Shown: positions 1-11,846, numbered from the stretch's first letter. The stretch: DNA of 24,000 nucleotides from Clostridiales bacterium Firm_18 (GCA_001604215.1 LVAX01000072.1:62913-86912), one strand, 5' to 3'. Notes: generated from the sequence alone by a model not told the origin. Numbers and translations are program-made.

Positions 1-3000
1 GAAAGCTATGTAATTTGTTGCGCGGCAGCCGCCTCCTGTTTGCGAAATAATTATAGAGGTGCTGTCAGGGGGATATTTGCCCGACAGCAGGGCATTTATC
101 AGCTGCCCCGTTACAATTATGGAAGGGTAACAGGCATCGTTGTTAACATATTTTAAGCCCGTCTCAACATCTTCGGGCGTTACCTTATCGAGAAGCACCG
201 TGTTGTATCCGTTGGCATGGAAAGCACTTTCAAGCAGCGTGAAATGCAGAGGGCTCATTTGTGGGAAAATTATCGTATGGGTGTTTTTCATATCCTTTGT
301 AAATACTTTTCGCACAAGCCGGTAGCTTTTTGTTTGCTTTGAGGCAAAGCCGTACTCGGCGCGCGTATTAATAGCCGCGATAAGCGAGCGAATCCTGACC
401 CTTGCGGTTCCAAGGCTTGATATTTCGTCAATTTTAAGCACGGTATAAAGCTTCCCGCATGACGATAGTATTTCATGAACCTGGTCCGTTGTAACCGCAT
501 CAAGACCGCAGCCGAAGGAATTGAGCTGGACAAGCTCCAAATCCGGGCTGTGTGTTACATATTCCGCAGCCTGATAAAGCCTTGTATGATAGGTCCATTG
601 GTCAACCACCCTGATTGGCCGATTAAGCCTTCCGAGATGCGAAATGCTGTCCTCCGTCATGACTGCGAATCCGAGTGAATTTATCATGTGCGCCAGCCCG
701 TGGTTTATTTCCGGATCCACATGGTAAGGCCTTCCTGCCAGAACAATTGCTTTTTTATTGTTTGCTTTAAGCCATGAGAGGGTTTCCTCACCTTTCCTGC
801 GTATATCGTTTTTGTACCGCTCAAATTCCGCAAATGCCGCCCTTGAAGCTCTTTTAATTTCGTTTCGGGTTATGCCGAATCGCTTTAGGGTTATGTACAT
901 TTGGCGGTCAAAGGCTTTTTTATCTTCAAGCGTCAGGAAAGGCCGGAGCAGTGTTACTCCGTTTTCCCTTAATTGGTCTATGTTGTTGAATATAACATCC
1001 GGGTAAGAGGTTACTATAGGACAGTTATAATGGTTTTGTGCTTCGTGGTATTCCTTTTGTTCATACGGGACGCAAGGATAAAAAATTACTTTAATACCCT
1101 TGTCGATAAGGTCGACAATATGCCCGTGAGCCAACTTCGCAGGATAACATACGCTTTCACTCGGTATTGTATCCATTCCTTTTTTGTATAGCTTGCTGTT
1201 GCTTCTTACGGATATATGTACAGAAAATCCGAGCTCGGTAAAAAAGGTAAACCAAAGCGGGTAGTTTTCATACATGTTAAGTACCCGCGGAATGCCTATT
1301 ATGCCGCGCTTTGCTATGTCGGGATGAAGAGGCTTGTAGTCAAACAGCCTCCTGTATTTATAATCATATAAATTCGGCAGCGGCGATGTATTTGCTTTTA
1401 ATGCGCCGCTTCCTTTATCGCAGCGGTTGCCGGAAATAAAGCTTTTTCCGTTGGCAAAAACGGAAACCGTCAGCCGGCAGTTGTTGAAGCATTGCTTGCA
1501 GTGGGTATGCCTGGTAGTGGTGTTGAAGGAGTCAAGTTCGCTTGAATGTATCATTTCACATGCATCTTTTTTATTTATATGGCGTTCCTTTGCAATCAAA
1601 GCCGCACCGAAAGCGCCCATAATGCCCGCAATATCGGGGCGTATTGCATTTTTCCCTGTCAGCAGCTCAAAGCAGCGAAGCACCGAATCGTTGTTGAAGG
1701 TCCCTCCCTGCACAACTACCCTGTCGCCGATATAAGAAACATCCCTTAGCTTTATGACCTTGTAGAGAGCATTCCTTATTACGGAATAAGAAAGCCCGGC
1801 GCTTATATCCCCTATGGTTGCGCCTTCTTTTTGCGCCTGTTTGACGCGTGAATTCATAAATACCGTACAGCGTGTCCCCAAATCCACCGGCTCGGAGGCA
1901 AACAACGCTTCGTCGGCAAAACGTGAAGATTTCATCCCAAGCGACTGGGCGAAAGTTTGTATAAACGACCCGCAGCCGGATGAGCAAGCCTCGTTAAGCA
2001 TTATATCCTGTATAAAACCGTTTTTTATTTTCATGCATTTCATGTCCTGGCCGCCGATATCAATAATAAAATCCACCCCGGGACAGAAAAATTCCGCAGC
2101 CTTGTAATGCGCGATTGTTTCTATTTCGCCTTCGGGTATGTTAAAGGCGGCTTTTATAAGCTCTTCGCCATAGCCGGTGGCGCAGGCGTTAGCAATATAT
2201 GCGTTTTCCGGCAGCTGTGAATATAACTCTTTTAAGATTTTTATGCCGCACCCCAGGGGATTTCCTTCGTTGAATAAATATCGGGAAAATAAAAGCTTGC
2301 CTTCCTTGTCGATGAGCGCGGCTTTTATTGTGGTGGAGCCAACGTCAATGCCAAAGAAAAGCTCTCCCTGTGCCGATGACAGCTCGCCTTTTTCAACGGC
2401 GTTTTTATTATGGCGCTGTTTAAATTCTTTATATTCGTCCTCGTTTTTAAACAAAGGCCTGATACGCGGTATTTCCGTCTGAACGGCACCCGCGTTTTTT
2501 ATTTTGTCCGCAAGGCCTGAAAGAGACAGCGGATTTCCGCCCGACATTTCCGCCGCTCCGATTGCAACGAAAAGCTGGGAATTGTCCGGGTGAATGAAAC
2601 TGTTTTCACTTTCGCAAAGCGTTTCTTCAAATTGCTTGCGCAGCTGGGGCAAAAAATGCAAAGGTCCGCCTAAAAAAACTATCTTTCCTTTGATTTTGCG
2701 CCCTTGCGCCAAGCCGCTTATGGTTTGCGTAACAACGGATTGGAATATCGATGCGGCAATGTCTTCTTTAGGAACCCCTTCGTTAAGCAGGGGCTGGACG
2801 TCGGATTTTGCGAAAACGCCGCATCGGGCGGCAATAGGATATAATGTGGTATGGCGCGCTGCAAGCTCGTTAAGTCCAATTGCGTCCGTTTTAAGGAGGG
2901 AAGCCATCTGGTCGATAAAAGCGCCCGTTCCGCCCGCACATGTGCCGTTCATTCTTTGTTCAATGCCGGTAGAAAAATAAAGTATTTTTGCATCCTCTCC

Positions 3001-3312
3001 GCCAAGTTCTATTACAACATCCGCGTCGGGTACAAATACCTTAACCGCTGCTTTGGTGGCGATAACTTCCTGTACAAAAGGGATACCGAGAGCTCCGGCC
3101 AAAAGGAGGCCGCCCGAGCCTGTTATGGAAGGAGTTACATTAATATCCGGGTACTTTTCGGCCGCCGAGCGCAGGAGGTTGTTCACTGTCATTTTTATAT
3201 CCGAAAAATGGCGGGTGTAATTGCTGTATATAATATTATGCTCATCATCAGTTATAACAATCTTTACGGTTGTCGAACCTACATCTATTCCAAGACGATA
3301 AAGGCTATCCAA
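1..3312 (-). CDS. CoA-substrate-specific enzyme activase / acyl-CoA dehydratase activase-related protein. It has two BcrAD/BadFG-type ATPase domains plus an HgdB/DUF2229-like C-terminal region. The N-terminus is present; the C-terminus runs off the window (partial, at least 1104 aa).
   Basis: Hand translation of the reverse strand. The start is TTG at 3312-3310, preceded by GGGAGG (3325-3320). The N-terminus reads (M)DSLYRLGIDVGSTTVKIVITDDE, with GIDVGSTT at 3291-3268. A second in-frame GIDVGSTT lies at 2352-2329. The last 20 codons in the window (60-1) read TSIIISQTGGGCRATNYIAF. No ORF in this frame appears in the track, which fits one open frame running off the edge; the track also omits edge-truncated mutS. 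Confidence 0.8.
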   Translation of the reverse strand, partial: MDSLYRLGIDVGSTTVKIVITDDEHNIIYSNYTRHFSDIKMTVNNLLRSAAEKYPDINVTPSITGSGGLLLAGALGIPFVQEVIATKAAVKVFVPDADVVIELGGEDAKILYFSTGIEQRMNGTCAGGTGAFIDQMASLLKTDAIGLNELAARHTTLYPIAARCGVFAKSDVQPLLNEGVPKEDIAASIFQSVVTQTISGLAQGRKIKGKIVFLGGPLHFLPQLRKQFEETLCESENSFIHPDNSQLFVAIGAAEMSGGNPLSLSGLADKIKNAGAVQTEIPRIRPLFKNEDEYKEFKQRHNKNAVEKGELSSAQGELFFGIDVGSTTIKAALIDKEGKLLFSRYLFNEGNPLGCGIKILKELYSQLPENAYIANACATGYGEELIKAAFNIPEGEIETIAHYKAAEFFCPGVDFIIDIGGQDMKCMKIKNGFIQDIMLNEACSSGCGSFIQTFAQSLGMKSSRFADEALFASEPVDLGTRCTVFMNSRVKQAQKEGATIGDISAGLSYSVIRNALYKVIKLRDVSYIGDRVVVQGGTFNNDSVLRCFELLTGKNAIRPDIAGIMGAFGAALIAKERHINKKDACEMIHSSELDSFNTTTRHTHCKQCFNNCRLTVSVFANGKSFISGNRCDKGSGALKANTSPLPNLYDYKYRRLFDYKPLHPDIAKRGIIGIPRVLNMYENYPLWFTFFTELGFSVHISVRSNSKLYKKGMDTIPSESVCYPAKLAHGHIVDLIDKGIKVIFYPCVPYEQKEYHEAQNHYNCPIVTSYPDVIFNNIDQLRENGVTLLRPFLTLEDKKAFDRQMYITLKRFGITRNEIKRASRAAFAEFERYKNDIRRKGEETLSWLKANNKKAIVLAGRPYHVDPEINHGLAHMINSLGFAVMTEDSISHLGRLNRPIRVVDQWTYHTRLYQAAEYVTHSPDLELVQLNSFGCGLDAVTTDQVHEILSSCGKLYTVLKIDEISSLGTARVRIRSLIAAINTRAEYGFASKQTKSYRLVRKVFTKDMKNTHTIIFPQMSPLHFTLLESAFHANGYNTVLLDKVTPEDVETGLKYVNNDACYPSIIVTGQLINALLSGKYPPDSTSIIISQTGGGCRATNYIAF

Positions 3313-3349
3313 GAGTATTCCTCCCAAAATGATTATGCAATTGTATTTA

Positions 3350-3378
3350 ATTATACTATTTTTATTATTTATTGGCAA
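3350..3378 (-). promoter_or_regulatory. Sigma-A type promoter for the activase gene (TTGCCA-17-TATAAT on the minus strand)
   Basis: The reverse complement of 3378-3373 is TTGCCA. The spacer is 17 nt. The reverse complement of 3355-3350 is TATAAT. The site lies about 40 nt upstream of the TTG start. Confidence 0.5.
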
Positions 3379-3443
3379 GCTTTATTACTTAAAATGTTTA
3401 TTGCATAGAAATGTTAAAAAATGTATTGATATTTATTGCTTAA

Positions 3444-5911
<2,468 letters not shown>

Positions 5912-5952
5912 TTTTACTATATTAAAAAAATACTACTTTTGTGTAACAATTA

Positions 5953-5981
5953 TTGATAATAGCCTGTCTTGGTGTTAAAAT
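5953..5981 (+). promoter_or_regulatory. Sigma-A type promoter (TTGATA-17-TAAAAT with an extended -10 TGT)
   Basis: TTGATA lies at 5953-5958, followed by a 17-nt spacer ending in TGT, then TAAAAT at 5976-5981. The site is upstream of the secreted-protein gene. Confidence 0.45.
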
Positions 5982-6019
5982 AATATTATAGAATATAACA
6001 CGGGAAAGATGTGTTGCGC

Positions 6020-8065
6020 ATGAAAAGCAAAGTTATATCTTTGGTGCTTGCTGCCATTTTCTTTTTAACGGTTTTTGCGCATGCGAAAACCGATGATATC
6101 GCCTCTGTTGCTTTGTCCGTCAAAAAGAAGCTTGATATACCCTCCAACTACACCGATTTTCACAGCGAATTGGAGCAAAATGAAAAAGGCAGGCTGATTC
6201 GTCTGTCCTGGAGCGGAGATACCGCCGGAAACGAAAGAGGAGGCCGCATTGAGGCAATAGTTGACGAATTGGGAAGGATTATATATTATAACCATTATGA
6301 ATACGGAAATTATGAGGGCGACTATAAGCTGTCCGGCATAGATTATAACGCAGCGGTTAAAATAGCGGAAAAATTTTTAGTAAAAGTTTGTCCCGAATTT
6401 GCCTTAAGTTTAAAGCCGCTGCATGTCGAAAATTACATAGAAAGAAACTACAACAATTACATGGTTCGTTTTGTTAGATATGAAAATGACGTTCCGTTTT
6501 ATAACAATTATGCTATTGTTGCAATTAATGCGCATAATGAAAAGACCTCGGAGCTGATGGTGGAATGGGATGACATAGATAAATTCCCTCGGCCTGTCGG
6601 GGTTTTGCCCGTTTCCAAAGCGAAAGAGCGTTTTAAAGAAAAAATCGGAATAAGGATTGCATATTACAATAATAATCAAAATTCGGTATCATTGTTATAC
6701 GGTGTCCGCGAAGCTGGGAGGGAATATATAAACGCTTTTACGGGCGATGTTACCGATACCAATATTATTGCAGGCAGGTTTGCGGCTGTTTACTCCGAAT
6801 ACGAAAAAAGTATCAGCCATGCCCAAAGGTTTGAAGCGGCAGCAATGCCGGACGGCTTAATGCCCCCGGCGCAGGCGGCGGATGCGGTCAGGCGATTTTT
6901 GCAAGCGGAAGGCGAGCTGCCTTTAAGCAGTATCAGCCGGACGGCGGACACAGAGGGCAACTATTATTATAATATCGGGCTTTTAAATAAAGGTGTTAAA
7001 TCAAATATTGAAATAAACGCGAAAACAGCCGAAATAACAGGATACTATAAAGATGAAGAATACAGCGAGCTTGGAATTATAAGCGAAGATAAAGCTTGTG
7101 ATATTGCCGCCCAGTTTGCAAAAAGAGCGGCCTTAGATAAGTTTAATTCATGCTTTGAAGCTGAAAGAAGAAAAGTCCGGTCGCAGTTTGGCGGTTATAA
7201 TTATCGTTTTGTGTTCTGGAGAAATGTCAAGGGTTTGCAATACAAAGACAACGGTATTTTGATAGACGTATGCGCCGCAACCGGTGAAGTATTAATGTAT
7301 TCGTGCAATTGGGAAGAAAGGGATTTTCCCTCCGAAGCCAATGTTATATCTGCGGGAAGCGCTTATGACGAACTGTTTGACAAGGCGGGATTTGAGCTTA
7401 TGTATGTGCCTGTCAGCCGTTCAAAGCTTAAAATACCGGCATCCGCAAGAGATGCTGAAGTCAGGCTTGTTTACAGCTTCAGACAAGGGAAGCCCCTTTA
7501 TGTAAATGCGTCAACAGGCGGGCTGTGTTACTCCGATTCAACGCCTTACAGCGACAGTATCGGCGGGGCATATGAGGATATAAAAGGGCACCCTTCGGAA
7601 AAATTCATAAAAATATTGCTTGGTGCCAAAATTTTTGAGCAGTCGGAGTTTTTCCGCCCCGATGACAATATAACGCAGGCCGATTATTTAAAATGGATAT
7701 ACCGTGCGGTAAGAAAATATTCGCCGGATACCGAGACACTGTATGGCACCATGTATTATCTGAATGTTTTAAATGAAGGCGAGCGGTCCGATAATGGAAG
7801 CATTGTGTTTGAAGATGCTGTTAAATTCATTATTCGCCTGCTTGGTTATACCGATGTGGCTGAGCTTAGCGATACATATAAAACCGGATTTATTGACGAA
7901 GGCATGATAACGCCCGGTTTGGTTGGTTATGCGGCAATTGCCCAAGGCCTGGGGATAGTAAAAGGCAATGCATTTTTGCCGAAAAGATATGTAACGAGGG
8001 CAACGGCGGCGGAAATAATTTATAACGTGCTGACAAGCGAGCAAAACGGAAAGGCGGAGAAATAA
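6020..8065 (+). CDS. Secreted cell-envelope protein with a signal peptide, several PepSY/YpeB-like repeats and a C-terminal pair of SLH-like domains
   Basis: The signal peptide is MKSKVISLVLAAIFFLTVFAHA followed by KTDD. Recurrent PepSY-style segment ends are present (GRIIYYNHY, AEITGYYKD, GEVLMYSCNW). The C-terminus has SLH-like motifs (YEDIKGHPSEKFIKILLGAKIF...ITQADYLKWIYRAV and LGIVKGNAFLPKRYVTRATAAEIIYNVL). ATG 6020 lies 11 nt after GGGAAAG and is preferred over the track's GTG at 6011. Confidence 0.7.
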   Translation: MKSKVISLVLAAIFFLTVFAHAKTDDIASVALSVKKKLDIPSNYTDFHSELEQNEKGRLIRLSWSGDTAGNERGGRIEAIVDELGRIIYYNHYEYGNYEGDYKLSGIDYNAAVKIAEKFLVKVCPEFALSLKPLHVENYIERNYNNYMVRFVRYENDVPFYNNYAIVAINAHNEKTSELMVEWDDIDKFPRPVGVLPVSKAKERFKEKIGIRIAYYNNNQNSVSLLYGVREAGREYINAFTGDVTDTNIIAGRFAAVYSEYEKSISHAQRFEAAAMPDGLMPPAQAADAVRRFLQAEGELPLSSISRTADTEGNYYYNIGLLNKGVKSNIEINAKTAEITGYYKDEEYSELGIISEDKACDIAAQFAKRAALDKFNSCFEAERRKVRSQFGGYNYRFVFWRNVKGLQYKDNGILIDVCAATGEVLMYSCNWEERDFPSEANVISAGSAYDELFDKAGFELMYVPVSRSKLKIPASARDAEVRLVYSFRQGKPLYVNASTGGLCYSDSTPYSDSIGGAYEDIKGHPSEKFIKILLGAKIFEQSEFFRPDDNITQADYLKWIYRAVRKYSPDTETLYGTMYYLNVLNEGERSDNGSIVFEDAVKFIIRLLGYTDVAELSDTYKTGFIDEGMITPGLVGYAAIAQGLGIVKGNAFLPKRYVTRATAAEIIYNVLTSEQNGKAEK

Positions 8066-9508
8066 TTGTTTAAAAACCTTACACTTCTTGCGGATTTTTA
8101 TGAATTCACGATGGCAAACGGGTATTTTGAGCAGGGAATAGGCGAAGAAATAGCTTACTTTGACATGTACTTCAGAAAAATACCCGATGGCGGCGGTTTT
8201 GCCGTTTTTGCCGGGCTTGATCAAGTGATAGATTATCTTAACAACCTTAAGTTCACAGACTCGGATATTGAATTCCTGCGGTCGAAAAAATGCTTTGGGG
8301 AAGGTTTTTTACAATATCTGAAGAACTTTAAATTTGAATGTGACGTATGGGCGGCGGAGGAGGGCACTCCTGTTTTTCCGAACGAGCCCCTTGTGATTGT
8401 TCGCGGCCCGGTTATCCAGGCCCAGCTTATAGAAACGATGCTTTTGCTGACAATAAACCACCAATCCCTTATCGCAACAAAGGCAAACAGGATTGTACGT
8501 GCCGCCCAAGGGAAAGCGGTGCTGGAGTTTGGTTCGCGCCGGGCACATGGCAGCGACGGTGCCGTTTACGGCGCCCGCGCCGCATATATAGGCGGCTGCA
8601 ATGGAACGGCGTGTACAATAGCCGATAAACAATTCGGCATACCCGCGGCAGGAACAATGGCACATAGCTGGGTTCAGCTATTCCCCGACGAATATTCCGC
8701 GTTTTGCGCTTATGCCCGTGTGTTTCCCGATGATTGCGTACTTTTGGTTGATACCTATAATGTTTTAAAATCGGGAATTCCGAACGCGATAAAGGTTCAT
8801 AACGATATATTAAAACCCCTCGGAAAACGCCTTAAAGGGATAAGGATTGACAGCGGCGATATAACATATTTGTCAAAAAAAGCGCGAAAAATGCTCGACG
8901 ATGCGGGAATGAGCGATTGCAATATTATTGCCACAAATTCGCTGGATGAATATATTATAAGGGAAATGCTTATCCAAGGGGCATGCGTTGACGTTTTCGG
9001 GGTAGGCGAGCGTCTTATAACTTCACGTTCGGAGCCTGTTTTCGGCGGGGTCTATAAACTTGCCGCAATAGAAAAGGGAAACGAAATCATCCCCAAAATA
9101 AAGCTGTCCGAAAATGTATCTAAAATTACAACCCCCGGCTTTAAAAATTTGTTTCGCCTTTTCGGGGAGGACAACCGCGCAATAGCCGACGTTATTACCT
9201 TACACGATGAAATAATAGACAGCTTGTCACCGTATACAATATTTCATCCTGAACACACATGGAAAAAACGTGTTTTGAAAAGCTTTACCGCCGTGCCGCT
9301 TTTGAAAAAAGTTTTTGATAAGGGAAAATGTATCTATGATTCCCCGCCTTTGTATGAAATACAAAAAGGCTGCCAAAACAAAATCGACAGCCTTTGGGAT
9401 GAGGTTAAGCGTTTTGAAAATCCGCATGAGTATTATGTGGATTTATCAAAGCCGCTTTGGGATATGAAACAGCGGCTTTTAAACGAATACCAAACTATTT
9501 CAAATTAA
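8066..9508 (+). CDS. pncB: Nicotinate phosphoribosyltransferase
   Basis: The 480-aa protein begins (M)FKNLTLLADFYEFTMANGYF, the NAPRTase N-terminal signature. The internal sequence GTMAHSWVQLF is also present. The TTG start lies directly after the upstream stop, with GGCGGAG upstream. Confidence 0.9.
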   Translation: MFKNLTLLADFYEFTMANGYFEQGIGEEIAYFDMYFRKIPDGGGFAVFAGLDQVIDYLNNLKFTDSDIEFLRSKKCFGEGFLQYLKNFKFECDVWAAEEGTPVFPNEPLVIVRGPVIQAQLIETMLLLTINHQSLIATKANRIVRAAQGKAVLEFGSRRAHGSDGAVYGARAAYIGGCNGTACTIADKQFGIPAAGTMAHSWVQLFPDEYSAFCAYARVFPDDCVLLVDTYNVLKSGIPNAIKVHNDILKPLGKRLKGIRIDSGDITYLSKKARKMLDDAGMSDCNIIATNSLDEYIIREMLIQGACVDVFGVGERLITSRSEPVFGGVYKLAAIEKGNEIIPKIKLSENVSKITTPGFKNLFRLFGEDNRAIADVITLHDEIIDSLSPYTIFHPEHTWKKRVLKSFTAVPLLKKVFDKGKCIYDSPPLYEIQKGCQNKIDSLWDEVKRFENPHEYYVDLSKPLWDMKQRLLNEYQTISN

Positions 9509-10784
9509 ATACTTTATTGATTTTTTCAATTTCGTCATCGCTTATTTTAACAATATTCCCCAATTGTTTTGCCGCAATTATGGCCTTTGCGCTGTATTCG
9601 GCAACCTCTAAACGGTCAAACGCGTTTATTAAGGAAGTGCCCGCAACAATAACACAGTCGTTTTCAACCAATACAACGGGGGAAGAAAGGCTGATTTCGT
9701 CTGCCGTCATTTTCGGTTGCATAAAGCTTGAGCCGAACGGCAGTTTTTTTACATCACGAAGCATTATATAGCTTTCGGGAATTATCCTTGAATCAAATTT
9801 TGCGTCACATACGGAAAAAGCCATAATATTCGGCGGATGGGCGATAATAACGGAATTAATATCCGGGTTTTTCTCGTATATGTATTTATGCAAAAGAACG
9901 GAGCGGCTCGGGTTTTTGCCCTGTTCTTTTTTTTCGTTTTCTATCCTTACTATATCCTCAGGACGCATATACTTCCTGTCAACACCGTACGGAGTTATTA
10001 TAAACGCACCGTCACTGAGTCGCATTGAAAAAGTTCCTTGGGTGCTTGTAAAAAGCTCCTGATGGTAAGAACGGGAAATAAGCGCGCTCATTTGCGAGCG
10101 TGCGCCCCTTTCTTCGCTGGAGTATTTATCGGCGGTAAACTCTTCAAGGCAGGCATTGTTTTTTTTGCGTGAAATTTCAATTTTCTCTTCATTCAGCGGC
10201 TTTGGCTTATCGAGCATCCGGGCGTTTATTTCAAGCCTTGCGCAAAAATCAAGTGTTTCGAATGCCATAAATGCGCTGAATATGTCGGTGTGCCCGACAA
10301 CTACTCCGTGGTTTTCAAGCATAACGGTTCTGACACCCGTATCAAACACCTTTGCTATTGCTAAGCCAAGTTCGGCGCTGCCGGGAACATCATAATCCGC
10401 CATTTTTACCTCGCCGCAAATGATATCCGCATTGGGGATCAGCATTGTATCAGGAATTTTTCTCACTATGCTGAAACTAAGCAAGGCAGGCGGATGTGCA
10501 TGCAAAACAGCTTTTATATCCGGCCTTCTTTTGTAAAGGATACTGTGAAAGGGCCATTCGCTTGACGGCCTGTGCTGGCCTGTGATTTCTCCGCTTTGTG
10601 ATACCCTGACAATATCCTCACGGGTCAGCGAGCCCTTATCAACACCGGCCGGAGTAATCCAGATATCGCCGTTATCATCAAGTACCGAAAGGTTTCCTCC
10701 CGACGTCGTAGTCATTTTGTAGCCGTAAATCCTTTCCATTACGGTGACAAGCTGATCGGCGGGGTGCATTAAATCAAATCTCAT
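9495..10784 (-). CDS. Class II aldolase/adducin-family protein with two tandem aldolase-II domains in one 429-aa chain
   Basis: The N-terminal half contains TSGGNLS, PSSEWPFHSILY, HAHPP and LENHGVVVGH, the class II aldolase/epimerase metal-site pattern. The C-terminal half repeats the fold as PSRSVLLHKYIY, IIAHPP and VENDCVIVAG. The RBS GGGAGGA (10798-10792) precedes ATG 10784. Confidence 0.85.
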   Translation of the reverse strand: MRFDLMHPADQLVTVMERIYGYKMTTTSGGNLSVLDDNGDIWITPAGVDKGSLTREDIVRVSQSGEITGQHRPSSEWPFHSILYKRRPDIKAVLHAHPPALLSFSIVRKIPDTMLIPNADIICGEVKMADYDVPGSAELGLAIAKVFDTGVRTVMLENHGVVVGHTDIFSAFMAFETLDFCARLEINARMLDKPKPLNEEKIEISRKKNNACLEEFTADKYSSEERGARSQMSALISRSYHQELFTSTQGTFSMRLSDGAFIITPYGVDRKYMRPEDIVRIENEKKEQGKNPSRSVLLHKYIYEKNPDINSVIIAHPPNIMAFSVCDAKFDSRIIPESYIMLRDVKKLPFGSSFMQPKMTADEISLSSPVVLVENDCVIVAGTSLINAFDRLEVAEYSAKAIIAAKQLGNIVKISDDEIEKINKVFNLK

Positions 10785-10805
10785 ATGTAATTCCTCCCAG
10801 ATATT

Positions 10806-10835
10806 ATTGTATTATATTTTAAACCCGGTTGTCAA
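10806..10835 (-). promoter_or_regulatory. Candidate sigma-A promoter for the aldolase gene (TTGACA-18-TACAAT on the minus strand)
   Basis: The reverse complement of 10835-10830 is TTGACA. The spacer is 18 nt. The reverse complement of 10811-10806 is TACAAT. The site lies just downstream of the uvsE stop. The implied 5' UTR is very short. Confidence 0.35.
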
Positions 10836-10853
10836 TAGGGTAGATAGTATTTG

Positions 10854-11807
10854 TCATAATTTTATGGTTGATGAATCTATTATTTCAAAGTTGCTTTTTT
10901 TAAGTTTATCTGTCAAATCAAAAAGTGCATTGTCCTTTTCTTTGGCTTCGAGCATTATATCAAAATCCAAATCTACCTCTTTTGCTATTTTTAAAAAAGA
11001 GATGAAGTCGCCCTCGTCTATATAATCGGCGTGACTGCGAAGATTTTTTTGACTTTTGGGAGATGAAAAATGTATTTTGGGTATATCACCGTTCCATGTT
11101 TCAAAAGCAGCATGCAAAAGCCTTGCGTCAGTCTGCCCGCCGGTGCATCTTTCATGGTGTACGTCAAGCACCATGGGTATCTTAAGCTCGGAGCATATTG
11201 CCAAAACGTCCTTTGCACAAAATGATTTATCGTCATTTTCCAATGCAATGTGTTTTTGAATATCACAGGGCAGCTTTGAAAAGTTATCCGCAAACCGTTT
11301 GACAGATAACGCCTTTGTGGTGTACAGTCCTCCGACATGCAGTATCAAGGAGTAATTTTTACACTCAAGATTTGCGGCTTTGAATATTTTCGAATGATAA
11401 ATTAAATCATCCATTGATTTTGCAAAAACTTCTTTGTTAGGTGTGTTAATTACCGTAAAATGGTCCGGATGGGCGCTTATCCGGAAGTTATTTTCAACAA
11501 CGCATGCTCCAAGCTGCCTAAATTCGTCCTGTAATTCGCCTTCCCAATCCCAATCGGCTCCGGGATATGTTGCAAGCGGGATAAGCTTTGAGGTAAGACG
11601 ATATACGTGTATATTGTACGCTTGGTTGTAGCGTAATATCCGCAGGGTGTTTATTAGGTTTTGCTTTGCTTTTTTATAAAGCCGTGCTTTTTTGCCTTCC
11701 TCGGTGAGACTGTTGTATGTTTTTGCCGTGACGGTATTTGATGGGGAGCAGTCTTTGAGGTTTTTTGTCATTGCCACATATCCGAGCCTTATAATCAAAA
11801 TTATCAC
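10854..11807 (-). CDS. uvsE: UV DNA damage endonuclease (UvsE/UVDE)
   Basis: The protein aligns by eye to UvsE as I recall the Bacillus sequence: RLGYVAM, RISAHPDHFTVINTP, ILHVGG, LENDDKSF, DVHHE and HFSSPKS...RSHADYI. The track start is GTG at 11807. TTG at 11798, preceded by AGGGTGA, would give (M)IIRLGYV and may be the true start. Confidence 0.9.
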   Translation of the reverse strand: MIILIIRLGYVAMTKNLKDCSPSNTVTAKTYNSLTEEGKKARLYKKAKQNLINTLRILRYNQAYNIHVYRLTSKLIPLATYPGADWDWEGELQDEFRQLGACVVENNFRISAHPDHFTVINTPNKEVFAKSMDDLIYHSKIFKAANLECKNYSLILHVGGLYTTKALSVKRFADNFSKLPCDIQKHIALENDDKSFCAKDVLAICSELKIPMVLDVHHERCTGGQTDARLLHAAFETWNGDIPKIHFSSPKSQKNLRSHADYIDEGDFISFLKIAKEVDLDFDIMLEAKEKDNALFDLTDKLKKSNFEIIDSSTIKL

Positions 11808-11846
11808 CCTGAAAGATATTATATCCCAATTATCCTTTGCATACGC

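Noticed and set aside
2851-3408. A 185-aa plus-strand ORF, along with the other short plus-strand ORFs between 140 and 3408.
   Set aside because: They lie antisense to the long, uninterrupted minus-strand activase frame. That frame translates into clear BcrAD/BadFG motifs. The 185-aa ORF also runs through the activase promoter and RBS.
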